A stretch of 64,000 bases of DNA from Zootoca vivipara (taxonomy: Eukaryota). How positions within the stretch are numbered: position 1 is the stretch's first letter; each line of letters starts with the position of its first letter. The translations under genes were made by a program, and so were the position numbers. Positions 10,497-21,359 of this stretch are shown in pieces. The DNA is taken from the NCBI RefSeq assembly GCF_963506605.1, contig NC_083285.1, forward strand, positions 71,982,001 through 72,046,000, in the 5' to 3' direction. A model generated the notes under the pieces. It was not told where the DNA came from. It searched no databases and was given only the letters and a program-made list of their open reading frames with translations.

Positions 10497-13400
10497 AAGT
10501 GACGCTAACGCTCCCAAATGGCTATCCCCTGACGGTCCTCGCCTTAATTGACAGTGGGGCGTCCGCCAACTTCTTCTCGAGAAGCTTTGCAGAAGAGCAC
10601 CAAATCCAGCTTTTGCAGTTGGATTTTCCTCTGCACGTAGCAACCATTGACGGCAGGGAGCTGCTGGGAGGGGCCATCACACATCAAACCCCCCCCATGA
10701 GAATGACGGTGGGAAGGCACTCAGAGACACTGGCGTTCAACGTCACCACCATCTCAGACCCCCCCATCGTCTTGGGCATGAGCTGGCTGGCGCGCCACGA
10801 CCCCTCCATCAGTTGGCACCAGAGGTGCATCACGTTTGGGTCAGACTTTTGTCTGGAACATTGCATGCAGCACCAACCAGGGGAGGGGCCTCCGATAGCC
10901 ACGGTGGCCACCATGCATATCAAAGGGGGTGAGGCAATACCCAAGCAGTACTGGGACCTGCAGGAGGTCTTCAGCGAAGCGGAGTCCGACCACCTACCCC
11001 CGCACAGGCCTTTTGACTGCCAGATCAACCTGGTGCCAGGGGCGACGATACCCCCAGCCAAGCTGTACGCCATGTCAGACCAGGAGCTGGAGGATCTGCG
11101 CGCTTTCATCGACAAGAACCTCAAGCGGGGGTTCATAAGGGAAAGCAAGGCAGCAGGGGGCAGCCCGGTCTTCTGGGTGGACAAGAAAGACACGCAACAG
11201 CGCCGTCTTGTGGTGGACTTTAGACGGCTGAATTCGGTGACAGAGCCCGTGGCTTTCCCCATGCCCAGAGTGGATGATCTCCTGACAGCGGCACGCAGGG
11301 GCAAGATTTTCACCAAGCTGGACCTAAGGGGGGCGTACAACTTGATCAGGATCCGGGAAGGAGATGAATGGAAAACCACGATGTTCACGCCTCTGGGCTC
11401 TTTTGAATATCTGGTGATGCCCTTCGGTTTGCAAGGGGGCTCAGCATGCTTCCAGGCCTTCATGCACCACGTCCTGGGGTCCCTCCTCTTCAGGAAATGC
11501 TTGGTCTTCCTAGATGACATCCTTATCTACTCGAATGACCCAGTGCAGCATGTGAAAGATGTCAGAGAGGTGTTGCAACGCCTGAAGGAGAACCACCTGT
11601 ATGTGAAGCTGGAGAAGTGCAAGTTTCACACCAAAGAGGTGGACTTCCTGGGCTACAAGCTGTCAGACAAGGGGCTGGCGATGGACAAGGACAAGGTGCA
11701 GGCCATCCTGGACTGGCACAGCCCCAGGACGCGCAAAGATGCCCAACGCCTACTAGGCTTCGCTAACTTCTACAGGAAGTTCATCAAGAACTTCTCTCGC
11801 GTTACGGCTCCCATCACGGACTGCCTGAGAGGCAAGCAGAAGTTCAAGTGGACACCAGAGGCGCAAGCAGCGTTCGAAAGCCTCAAGAGAGTGTTCGCCT
11901 CAGACCAAAACCTGTTCCATGTGGTGCAGGACGCGCCCCTACGCATTGAGACAGATGCTTCTGAAAAAGCTGTGGGCGCAATTTTGTTGCAACTGGACGC
12001 CAACAGGGAGTGGAGACCCTGTGCCTTCTTCTCCAGGAAGCTGACACAGCCTGAACGCAACTACACAGTGTTTGATAGGGAACTTCTTGCGATCTACGCT
12101 GCGTTCCAGCACTGGCGACACTTCCTGGTGGGCGCGAAGCACCCCATCCAGGTGTGCACAGACCACAAGAACCTGGAGTTCTGGAGAACTGCCAGGGTGC
12201 TCAACCAGCGGCAGATACGGTGGGCAGAGTTCTTCTCGAACTTCAACTTCTCCATCCACTACATCCCGGGGGAGCAGAATGTCAGGGCGGATGCCCTCTC
12301 CCGCAAGCCAGAGTACATGGAGGAGGAGGCGCCACCAGCCCCAAGGCACATTTTCCCCCCGTCGGCATGGTCCTGCGGAGCAGCTGTGGTGAGCGAGGCA
12401 GAACTCACAGCACTGACGGCAGCGGATGAATTTGCCAACCGCATCTTCAGAGAACTGAGAGGGGGGAGGGAGCAGGCAAAAGACTTTGCAGAACGCAGAG
12501 GGCTGCTTTTCTACAAGGGTGCGCTGTACCTACCCACCACCCAGCTCCGACGTACGGTCCTCAAGCAGATGCACGACAACCCTACAGCGGGGCATTTTGG
12601 AAGGGACAAAACCGCTCACCTAGTCATGAGACACTTCTGGTGGCCAGGGGTGCGGGAAGATGTTCGAGACTATGTAAGGGGCTGTACCACCTGCCAGCGG
12701 GCGAAGGTGGTCAGAGCAGCGCCACCAGGGTTGCTGGAGCCCTTAGCCACACCACACAGGCCGTGGGAAGTGGTGTCCATGGACTTCATCACAGATCTGC
12801 CTTCGTCCAGGGGTAAGACTGCAGTGTTGGTGGTGGTGGACCTTATGTCCAAAATGTGTCACTTTATACCGTGTGCCAGGGCAGTCTCGGCAGAAGAGAC
12901 AGCCAAACTGTTTGTTGATCACATTTTCAGACTGCATGGATTACCTTTAAGGGTTATTTCGGATCGTGGCCGCCAATTTGTTTCCAGGTTCTGGCGGCGG
13001 CTCATGAACCTCCTGCAGGTGGAGGTCAGCTTGTCGACGGCTAGACACCCGCAGACCAACGGACAAGCGGAGAGGGTCAACGCCATTCTGCAGCAGTACC
13101 TGAGATGCTACGTCAGCCAGCGGCAAACGGACTGGGTGGATCGCTTGCCACTAGCAGAATTTGCCTACAACAATGCAGTGCACGTCTCCACAGGGGTGTC
13201 GCCCTTTAAGGCCAATTACGGGCGCGACCTCAGATCTTTCCCAGAGAGGGAGAGGGAGGAGGAGGAGGAGGAGGGCCCACAGGCTGAGGATTGGGCAGAG
13301 GAACTGGAGACGGTGCACCAGCAGCTCAGAGACCACTTGGAGAGGGCCAAGGAAGCGTACAAAAAGGGGGCAGATCGCCACAGGCGACAAGGGGAGGTCA

Positions 13401-14488
13401 TCAGGGTGGGGGACAAGGTGTGGTTGTCCTCGGAGGGCCTTCCCACCAGAGGGAGGTGCAAAAAGCTGGCACCCAAAAGGCTGGGCCCCTTCACGGTCAC
13501 GCAACAGGTAAACCCGGTGGCATACAGGCTGGCACTGCCAGAGGACATGAGGGTGCATCCAGTGTTTCATAGATCGCTGCTGTCGCCGTACAGGGAAAGC
13601 AGCAGGCTCCGAGACAGCGAACAAACCCCCGAGGGAGGGGGGGAGAGGGAAGGCAGGGAGCAACTCAATGAGGCCACGGCCATCCTGGATTCAAGGTGGG
13701 GGGTGGGGGGACTGGAGTACCTCATGGCATGGGAGGATGCTCCACCGTCCCAGAATGAATGGGTCCCAGCCACTCAGATACAGGAGGAATTCTTGGTGGA
13801 AGAATTTCACGCCCTCTTTCCCCACAGACCCAAGCCCTGGCACATGGAAAGGGAGGGGGAGGAGGAGGAGGCACGGGAGAGCAGCTCACCATGGCGCTGG
13901 GAAGCGGAGTTTGAGGAACCAGAGGATGAGGTATGGGTGTCACCGAGATCCACCCAGTCAGAGGAAGGAGCAGATTGGCAGAACGTTTTTACCCCCACCA
14001 GCTCTGACGCCACGGACTTTTTGGGATTCCCGTCCGCCCAGGCGGAAGGGGGGGGCTCGCAGGACTGGGGGGAGGTATTCACACCAACGGGCTCGGAGAG
14101 CACTGAGTTCTTAGGCTTCCAGTCGTCACCGACACATGGGGGGGGCCTGGGGAGGGGTGAAGGAGAGCTTGGGAGGGGGGTGGATGTGAGGGACAGGGGA
14201 TATCGCGAAGTCCCTCCCCTCCTGAGTTCAAGCCCGTCCCCGAGCAAAGGGGAAAGCAGGGAGAGTTCCGATTCCAGTGGGGAAGCAGGAAGTCGTGTCC
14301 GAGGCTCAGGCAAGGTAGAGGAGCCAGGGTCCCAGGTGGGACAGGAAGGGGCAAGCAAGGGGGGAAGACCCATCCCTCCAACTCCAGAATTACGCAGGAA
14401 GAGGAGGGGCAAGAGGATGGGTCTGCCAAAGCTTTTGTGTTGGAGAAAGACGCGCCAAAAGCCATTAGGAGGTTCTGAAACCGACTGA
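10361..14488 (+). CDS. pol: Pol (protease-RT-RNase H-integrase-chromodomain), reached by -1 frameshift
   Basis: ALIDSGAS, YLVMPFGL, FLDDILIYS, ETDAS/TDHKNL, HHCC, DFITDLP/SDRG/QTNGQAE, GPF, chromodomain ILDSR..EYLMAW..NEW; frame open from the slippery site at 10361. Confidence 0.95.
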   Translation, partial: GKRESLAAGDKGQQPGTVSRQQPQPAHPHREEQSQPTPPRAGVVLEVTLTLPNGYPLTVLALIDSGASANFFSRSFAEEHQIQLLQLDFPLHVATIDGRELLGGAITHQTPPMRMTVGRHSETLAFNVTTISDPPIVLGMSWLARHDPSISWHQRCITFGSDFCLEHCMQHQPGEGPPIATVATMHIKGGEAIPKQYWDLQEVFSEAESDHLPPHRPFDCQINLVPGATIPPAKLYAMSDQELEDLRAFIDKNLKRGFIRESKAAGGSPVFWVDKKDTQQRRLVVDFRRLNSVTEPVAFPMPRVDDLLTAARRGKIFTKLDLRGAYNLIRIREGDEWKTTMFTPLGSFEYLVMPFGLQGGSACFQAFMHHVLGSLLFRKCLVFLDDILIYSNDPVQHVKDVREVLQRLKENHLYVKLEKCKFHTKEVDFLGYKLSDKGLAMDKDKVQAILDWHSPRTRKDAQRLLGFANFYRKFIKNFSRVTAPITDCLRGKQKFKWTPEAQAAFESLKRVFASDQNLFHVVQDAPLRIETDASEKAVGAILLQLDANREWRPCAFFSRKLTQPERNYTVFDRELLAIYAAFQHWRHFLVGAKHPIQVCTDHKNLEFWRTARVLNQRQIRWAEFFSNFNFSIHYIPGEQNVRADALSRKPEYMEEEAPPAPRHIFPPSAWSCGAAVVSEAELTALTAADEFANRIFRELRGGREQAKDFAERRGLLFYKGALYLPTTQLRRTVLKQMHDNPTAGHFGRDKTAHLVMRHFWWPGVREDVRDYVRGCTTCQRAKVVRAAPPGLLEPLATPHRPWEVVSMDFITDLPSSRGKTAVLVVVDLMSKMCHFIPCARAVSAEETAKLFVDHIFRLHGLPLRVISDRGRQFVSRFWRRLMNLLQVEVSLSTARHPQTNGQAERVNAILQQYLRCYVSQRQTDWVDRLPLAEFAYNNAVHVSTGVSPFKANYGRDLRSFPEREREEEEEEGPQAEDWAEELETVHQQLRDHLERAKEAYKKGADRHRRQGEVIRVGDKVWLSSEGLPTRGRCKKLAPKRLGPFTVTQQVNPVAYRLALPEDMRVHPVFHRSLLSPYRESSRLRDSEQTPEGGGEREGREQLNEATAILDSRWGVGGLEYLMAWEDAPPSQNEWVPATQIQEEFLVEEFHALFPHRPKPWHMEREGEEEEARESSSPWRWEAEFEEPEDEVWVSPRSTQSEEGADWQNVFTPTSSDATDFLGFPSAQAEGGGSQDWGEVFTPTGSESTEFLGFQSSPTHGGGLGRGEGELGRGVDVRDRGYREVPPLLSSSPSPSKGESRESSDSSGEAGSRVRGSGKVEEPGSQVGQEGASKGGRPIPPTPELRRKRRGKRMGLPKLLCWRKTRQKPLGGSETD

Positions 14489-14612
14489 CAACATCGCTCC
14501 GTGTAAATAGCAATGACTTGAGCACTGTAAATACGCAGCACCAATAAAAGAATAAAATGCAGAGCTGCGTAGCGTCGTTACTCTGAAGTAGTCCACTCCG
14601 GCCACTGTGACA
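14185..14612 (+). repeat. 3' LTR
   Basis: Matches the 5' LTR; preceded by a polypurine tract. Confidence 0.95.
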
Positions 14613-14789
14613 GACAGTGTTCTCGAAGCTACGAACATGAGTTTGACCAAATTGCGGGAGGCAGTGGAAGACAGGAGTGCCTGGCGTGCTATGGTCCATG
14701 GGGTCACGAAGAGTCGGACACGACTAAACGACAATTTTGTTTCAACGGCAGACAAACACGGCTACCTAACCATTTCCTAATGAACTTTT

Positions 14790-15813
14790 GATTGGTGTGT
14801 AAAATGCGGGCTAGAAAATGCTATCATTCAGTGGATTTGTAGCTAGCTGACTGACCGAACCCAAAGGGTGCTCATCAATGGCTCCTCCTCATCCTGGAGA
14901 CTAGTGGGGTCTTATTCAACATCTTTATCAATGACTTGGCTGATGGGCTTGAGGGCATCCTGAGCAAGTTTGCAGATGACACCAAATTGGGAGGGGTGGC
15001 TAATACCCCCCCCCCCGAGGACAGGATCACACTTCAAAATGACCTTAACAGATTAGAGAACTGGGCCAAAGCAAACAAGATGTTTTTTAACAGGGAAAAA
15101 TGTAAAGCACTACACTATGAAAGGCACAAATACAGGATGGGTGACACCTGGCTTGAGAGCAGTACGTGTGAAAAGGATTTAGGAGTCTTGGTAGACCACA
15201 AACTTGACATGAGTCAACAGTGTGATGCAGCAGCTAAAAAGCCAATGCAATTCTGAGCTGCATCAATAGGAGTATAGCATCTAGATCAAGGGAAGTAATA
15301 GTACCACTGTATTCTGCTCTGGTCAGACCTCACCTGGAGTACTGTGTCCAGTTCTGGGCACCTCAGTTCAAGAAGGATACTGACAAGCTGGAACGTGTCC
15401 AGAGGAGGGCAACCAAAATGGTCAAAGGCCTGGAAACAATGCCTTATGAAGAACGGCTTAGGGAGCTGGGTATGTTTAGCCTGGAGAAGAGAAGGTTAAG
15501 GGGTGATATGATAGCCATGCTCAAATATATACAAGGATGTCATATGGAAGAGGGTGAAAGGTTGTTTTCTGCTGCTCCAGAGAAGCGGACACGGAGCAAT
15601 GGATTCAAGCTACAAGAAAGAGGATTCCACCTAAACATTAGGAAGAACTTCCTGACAGTAAGAGCTGTTCGACAGTGGAATTTGCTGCCAAGGAGGGTGG
15701 TGGAGTCTCCTTCTTTGGAGGTCTTTAAGCAGAGGCCTGACAGCCATCTGTCAGGAATGCTTTGATGGTGTTTCCTGCTTGGCAGGGGGTTGGACTGGAT
15801 GATTCCATGATTC
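14790..15813 (+). mobile_element. CR1 LINE 3' fragment
   Basis: [36 protein letters not shown]; GATTCCATGATTC terminal repeat. Confidence 0.92.
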
Positions 15814-16059
15814 CTTTTTTTTTTTTTGTTCTTGTTAACTACGCTGTTTTTATTTTGCATGTCTTTCTTTTTCCAATTCATCTTTATTGGTTTTTAACAA
15901 CAGGAATAACTTTCTTGACACAAAATCCTAGCGTCCAGTTTCCGTTTCTTGTTGATGTGCCTGTGTTTCTAAATCCTCAGAAAGAAAAACCAAGATCTCT
16001 TCTTCATCCTTCGACTCGTTCACATTCTAATTCCCTCCGTGAGTGAGTTCCTTTTGCAT

Positions 16060-16520
16060 TCATTTCTAGGCTGCCCGCTGCCCGGCGATCGAGCCTCCTT
16101 CTCCCCGGATCCTGCAGGGGGGGAGCTGGGCGCGCCCGGCTTGACAAGGGTTACAATGAACGGAGCGGGATTCCTAGAGGGAACCGGAAAGGAAGGCGGA
16201 GCCGGAAGCCCCGCCCTCCGCGTCTCTTCCTGCGACCCTTCCGTGAGTCTCTCTCGGCCCCGGGATCGAAGCGGTTGGCAGGGGGAGTCTGGCCGGCCTC
16301 CGCACAGCCCCGGGACAAGGCCGCCAGGTCGCAGCTCCAGCCTGGCTCGGGGGGGGGGGGGCTGGGAAGGAAGGAAGCGAAGCCCGGCCTGGCGGGAAGG
16401 GGGCGGGCGGAGGGTTCGAGACCCACTGGTTTCCCTCCCTCACCTGCCTTGGCTGGCCAGGTGAAGCCATTCCCGGGATTCCTGGGCGAGAGCTCCCCAG
16501 AAGGAGCCTGAGGTGTGTCC
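16060..16520 (+). promoter_or_regulatory. CpG island, probable promoter/first exon of the KRAB-ZNF gene
   Basis: GC- and CpG-dense; ETS motif CCGGAAG and GC box CCCGCCC at ~16202-16217; candidate donor cc/GTGAGT near 16243. Confidence 0.65.
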
Positions 16521-19099
16521 CCTGCCAGACACCCTAGAACGAGGATCATAGGAGTAACAAAGGATCCAAAGAAGTAGGCCGAATCTTCATGTTATTTGTA
16601 TATAACAAAAATAGCACAATAAATGGGCAAGAATATCTCCGGCATGTGGTTTATTACTAGTGGTCAATATATGAGTTCTTGGTTCATGAATTGGTTTAAA
16701 CCGAAACAAAACAGCATGTTGTGGCTGCTTTAGGTGAGATTCCTGCATTGCAGGGGGTTGGACTAAATGACCATCAGGGTCCCTGGCAACTCTATGATTC
16801 TATGAAAAGGGAGATAGGATAGAACAGAGTCAACAGAGAACGTTCTAGGGCTGGGTGATGTCTAGTTTTCAGCGTTTTAATATAGCATACCAATATATCA
16901 CAGTGTCTGAAATTAGCCTGGAACTGTGGAAAAGCAAATGAAAACTAGCAACTACTACTACTTAGGGGTCTAAAACGGATACATTTTTAATTACCTTTAG
17001 CATATTGTTGCAGCAGTTATTTTATAGGACATATAATTTAAAAATTAGCACATTTTCTCTAAAGCTGTAGAAGTAATAAGTAGCATGGATATCAAAGGTA
17101 AGGTAAGAGAATGTTCCCCCCAAAATTAATTACATTACTAAACAAGAAAAAAGCCAATTCTCTGTCTCACTTAGATGTTAAAATATTATTCACTATTGAG
17201 TCTCAATTGAATTTGTATATACATCCCAGAACACCAGTTATTTGATTGTTTGGTGATTTTCTTTTATAAACCAGTTCAAACTAGAAAGAATGGACAAAAT
17301 TTTACCAAACAAAAATTTATTTTTAAAAATGCATATATTTTGCCAGGAAAAATTGAATTTTGGTGTTCTCTGGCAATCAAGAGACACACAAAAGGAGAGC
17401 GGAGGGAAGAGGCTTAAACAACAGGACAAAGTTTATTTTATTTTATTAATGTAATAGCCTGAGAAGTAATAACCCCTGTTATTAGTCAGAAGTAATAACC
17501 CCAGTTTATTTTTCCATCGGACTAGCTGCTGCTTCCAAGAGAGCTCCGGCTGAGGGCAGCAGTCGTTCAAAAGACAGGAAAGGACTTGGGGAGGCAAGGA
17601 GGAAAGGGCTTCCTGCTCTTGCGAGGCCTCTGGCAAAAGTTGGGGATCAGGAGGCGCCTGCAGGCGGACCCTGCCATCTGAGAGAGCCTGGAGAAGGAGC
17701 AAGGAAGGGAGAAAGGGGCTCCCAGCAAGAAGCCCAGAGCCGCCTCGGACCAGCCTCTCCCTCCATCACCTACCAGCTTGACCCATGCACTGAAAACAAG
17801 AAGCTGATGGTTTCTCTGTTCCTGAGGAAAGGTCCTGGGTTGGCTGCTTTCTTCAGCACCTGCTCTTCTGGTTTGCTGCCCCTCACAGGAGGCAGGGAAG
17901 AGCTGAGTTGACAGAGCAACAGGGGCGGCAGGAATCACGAAAAGCAAGGACCAGCTTCACAGTTTCCCCCACATGGTCACTTTTTACATAGGGCCAGCAC
18001 TCTTTGTCATTCACGCTATATTGCCACGTTGAATGTTATGAAACCTCTACCATGATGTGGACTTCAGACTGGTTTTGGATGATGTACCGATTTATCATCC
18101 AGCCCTAGTCTGGAGCCCTTGTGTTTGTGCTTGTTGGAGATTCATTCCCCGTGTGCAGTCATGGGTTTGTTGTCTATCACATGACTGTATATATTTACAT
18201 TTCACAGAATGGGAAGTGTCGTAGACAGGGTGTCTGTCTTACTGTGTCCTTTGTTCTTTCTCTTTGCTGTCTGATGCTAGAGAGAGAGGGATCAATGTTG
18301 CAGTGCTCCATGTGTGTTTTATATGTAAATAAAGTAGATTAGCCAAAATTCTGAGTTCGGTTACGCAACTGCGCAAATCTCTGTGGATCCCAAGTGTACT
18401 GATGTCTTCTGACATCAGTCGTTGTGATGTTCAGCTAAGGAATGCTTTTGAAGCTCCCGAATGCCCAGGAGGGAGGGAAAATGCCAGTCGGGCATGTGTC
18501 TCTGCCAAGGTTCTACTTGCGAGTAGAACATCCTGACAGTGCTTAGATTAAGTAAGAGTAATGGTGGAACGGATTCCCTCAAGAGGTGCTGGACCCCTTC
18601 CTGGGAAACTTTGAAGCAGAGGTTGGAGGGCCATGGATGCTTTAATTGAGATTCCTGCATTGCAGAGGGTTAGACAATAATCCTCAGGGTCTCTTCCAAG
18701 TCTATGATTGTATGTCACTAGTATTATTTATCAGTTGTTGTTGTATTTCAATATTGATTGTTGAATGCTACATTGGCTTCTAAGCAGTTGACAAACAATA
18801 GTAAACAGTGGCCATGTACCTAATCAGTTCCCTCAATTGCACAATGAGGGTTTCCCCCCTAAAACAGTGCACAGGGAGAAAAGAACACAATGTGGAGCTC
18901 TACCCATTTAAACAAAGATTTCCATCATTAAAATACACAATAAAATTATTCCATTAAATGTTAAATAAGCATCCATAATTAAAATGTGCAGCAAAACAAT
19001 CCCATTAAAACAACACAGCAAAGAACAGGCGGAAAACAACAGACCAAAGTATAGTAGATATTTTTTATGCTATCTAAGACAAAGACCTTTTTCTTTTAG

Positions 19100-19226
19100 G
19101 GTCCAGTGTATTTTGAAGATGTAGCTACTTGTTTCACAGATGAGGAGTGGGCGTTGCTGGATCCTGACCAGAGAGCTCTGCCTAAGGAAGTCATGGAGGA
19201 GAATCGGGGGATCTTGGGCTTTCTTG
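19100..19226 (+). CDS. KRAB-A exon of KRAB-ZNF gene
   Basis: ttttag acceptor, 127-bp exon [42 protein letters not shown], gtaagg donor; phase 1 joins in frame to 23891. Start-codon exon not identified. Confidence 0.88.
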
Positions 19227-19382
19227 GTAAGGCTTGGTTGGATCATAATATCTGTTTTTAAATTCAAGACCTATATCTATGTGATGAACTTCCCACTTAC
19301 ACAATCTGGGATTCTAACACCCCGCACAGCTTACCTCGAATGGAAGGCTATCTACCGCTTTTCTGTGATTATTCTTCCTCCA

Positions 19383-21337
19383 TAGTTCTGGTTACAGGTA
19401 GGTAGCCGTGTTGGTCTGGATCGAAGTAAAATAAAAAAATTCCTTCAGTAGCACCTTAAAGACCAACTAAGTTTTTATTTTGGTATGAGCTTTCGTGTGC
19501 ATGCACACTTCTTCAGATACAGTGAAATGGAAGTTTCCAGGCACTTATGTAGAGAAGGGGTGGGGAGGGGTGGGGATGGGGAGGGGGGATCACTCAGAAG
19601 GGTGGTGGAAATGGGTGATTGACTGACTGATAGCTGTTGATGACCGCAAACGACTGCAAATGGTTTTGCATGAAAAAGCAAGGGTTGAGATGGCTGAAGA
19701 TCGCTTATCATGTATAATGAGATAAGAACCCGATATCTCTGTTCAAACCAGGTCCCTCCATGGTTTTGAGCTTGGTGATAAGTTGCAATTCAGCAACTTC
19801 TCTTTCCAGTCTATTTCTGAAATTCTTTTGTAGTAAGACAGCTACTTTGAGATCTTGTATAGAATGTCCTGGGAGATTGAAGTGTTCTCCTACTGGTTTT
19901 TCTGTCTTCTGGTTCCTGATGTCAGATTTATGTCCATTTATCCTTTGGCGTAGGGTTTGGCCTGTTTGTCCAATATAGAGAGCTGAAGGGCACTGTTGGC
20001 ATTTGATGGCATACACAATGTTAGAGGATGAGCAATTAAATAGTCCTGAGATGGTATGTTGGATGTTGTTGGGGCCAGTAATGGTGTTGTCTGGGTGTAT
20101 GTGGCAGCAAAGTTGGCATCTGGGTTTATTGCAGGCTCTGGTACCAGTGTCCATGTTAAGTCTGGTGGTTGTATTATTGTGGGTGAGGAGTTGTTTAAGA
20201 TTGGGTGGCTGTCTGTAGGCAATGAAAGGTCTTCCTCCCAGAGCTTGAGAAAGGGAGCGGTCATTGTCCAGGAGAGGCTGTAGATCTCTGATGATGCGTT
20301 GTACTGTTTTAGCTTGGGAGCTGTATGTGATGACTAGTGGTGTTCTGTTATTTTCTTTTTTGGGTCTGTCTTGCAGCAGGTTCTCTCTAGGTATCTGTCT
20401 GGCTCTGTTGATCTGTTGTTTAACTTCATCAGGTGGATATTTTAGTTCTAAAAAGGTTTGCTGTAGATCTCTTAGGTGAGATTCTCTGTCTGTAGAGTTG
20501 GAACAGATGCGGTTGTAACGTAAGGCCTGGCTGTATACGATGGATTGTTTGGTATGTTTGGGATGGTAGCTAGAAGCATGTAGATATGTTTGTCTGTCAG
20601 TTGGTTTTCTGTATAAGGTGGTGTCTATACGTCCATCCTGTATTTTTATAGTAGTGTCCAAAAAATGTATTTCTTGCATAGATTGGTTCATTGTTAGGTT
20701 GATGGTGGGGTGAAAGTCATTGAATGTCTGGTGGAAGGTTTCCAGGGTCTGTTGTCCATGTGTCCAGATAATAAAAATATCGTCAATGTATCGCAGGTAC
20801 AGGAGAGGTTTGAGTGGGTAGGAGTTAAGGAAACGTTGTTCTAAATCTGCCATGAAGATGTTGGCATACTGTGGGGCCATGCGGGTGCCCATGGCTGTGC
20901 CGCTGATCTGGAGGAACAGGTCATCACCAAATTTGAAGTGGTTGTGGGTAAGGACAAAGTGGCAGAGTTTGGTAGCAAAGTCCGCTGTGGTTTTATCTGA
21001 AATGGTGTTCCTTATGGCTTGTAAACCATCATTGTGTGGGATGTTGGTATATAGAGATTCCACATCCATAGTGGCTAGTATAGTATTGTTAGGAAGATTG
21101 TTCAAATATTGTATTTTCCTCAGAAAATCTGTGGTGTCACGTACGTAGCTGGGAGCACTAATAGCATATGGTTTCAGAACAGAGTCCATATAGCCGGAAA
21201 CACCCACTGTAATGGTGCCAATACCTGAGATGATGGGGCGTCCTGGGTTTCCTGGTTTGTGTATTTTGGGTAGAAGATAGAAAGTTCCTGGCCGAGGTTC
21301 CGCTGGTGTGTTTGTGAGGATCTGTTCTTGGATGTGT
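19383..21337 (-). mobile_element. Penelope-like element (Neptune-type), 5'-truncated, left arm of palindrome
   Basis: ORF to 19708 with RT (MDVESLYTNIP, GTAMG, RYIDD), Cys-rich linker, GIY-YIG (VYAIKC..LYIGQT); 3' region with hammerhead at 19483-19520. Confidence 0.93.
19483..19520 (-). ncRNA. Minimal hammerhead ribozyme motif
   Basis: Reverse complement of GTATCTGAAGAAGTGTGCATGCACACGAAAGCTCATAC. Confidence 0.7.
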
Positions 21338-21359
21338 ACACATCCAAGAACAGATGTGT

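Larger units (their letters stand above)
8800..14612 (+). mobile_element. Full-length, apparently intact chromoviral Ty3/Gypsy LTR retrotransposon (sushi/Tf1-like)
   Basis: Two 428-bp TG...CA LTRs with no differences seen, 5-bp TSD GACAG (8795-8799, 14613-14617), PPT at ~14171-14184, open gag and pol. Confidence 0.97.
6802..14733 (+). mobile_element. RTE-BovB LINE (5'-truncated) split by a Gypsy insertion: segments 6802-8799 and 14618-14733
   Basis: RT motifs FIDYAKAFDCVDH, GVRQGCILSP, RYADD; 1-bp frameshift in an A-run at ~8253-8258 (A6, versus A7 in the 48.4-kb copy); TSD ATTTTGTTTC at 6792-6801 and 14734-14743. Confidence 0.95.

Noticed and set aside
10684-14699. Long antisense ORFs over Gypsy pol and LTR
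   Set aside because: Shadow frames of GC-rich coding sequence with no recognisable motifs.
18132-18414. Possible solo LTR, or start-codon exon of the KRAB-ZNF at ~18208-18229
   Set aside because: TG...CA ends and AATAAA are present but there is no TSD; the candidate donor (gtgtct) is weak.
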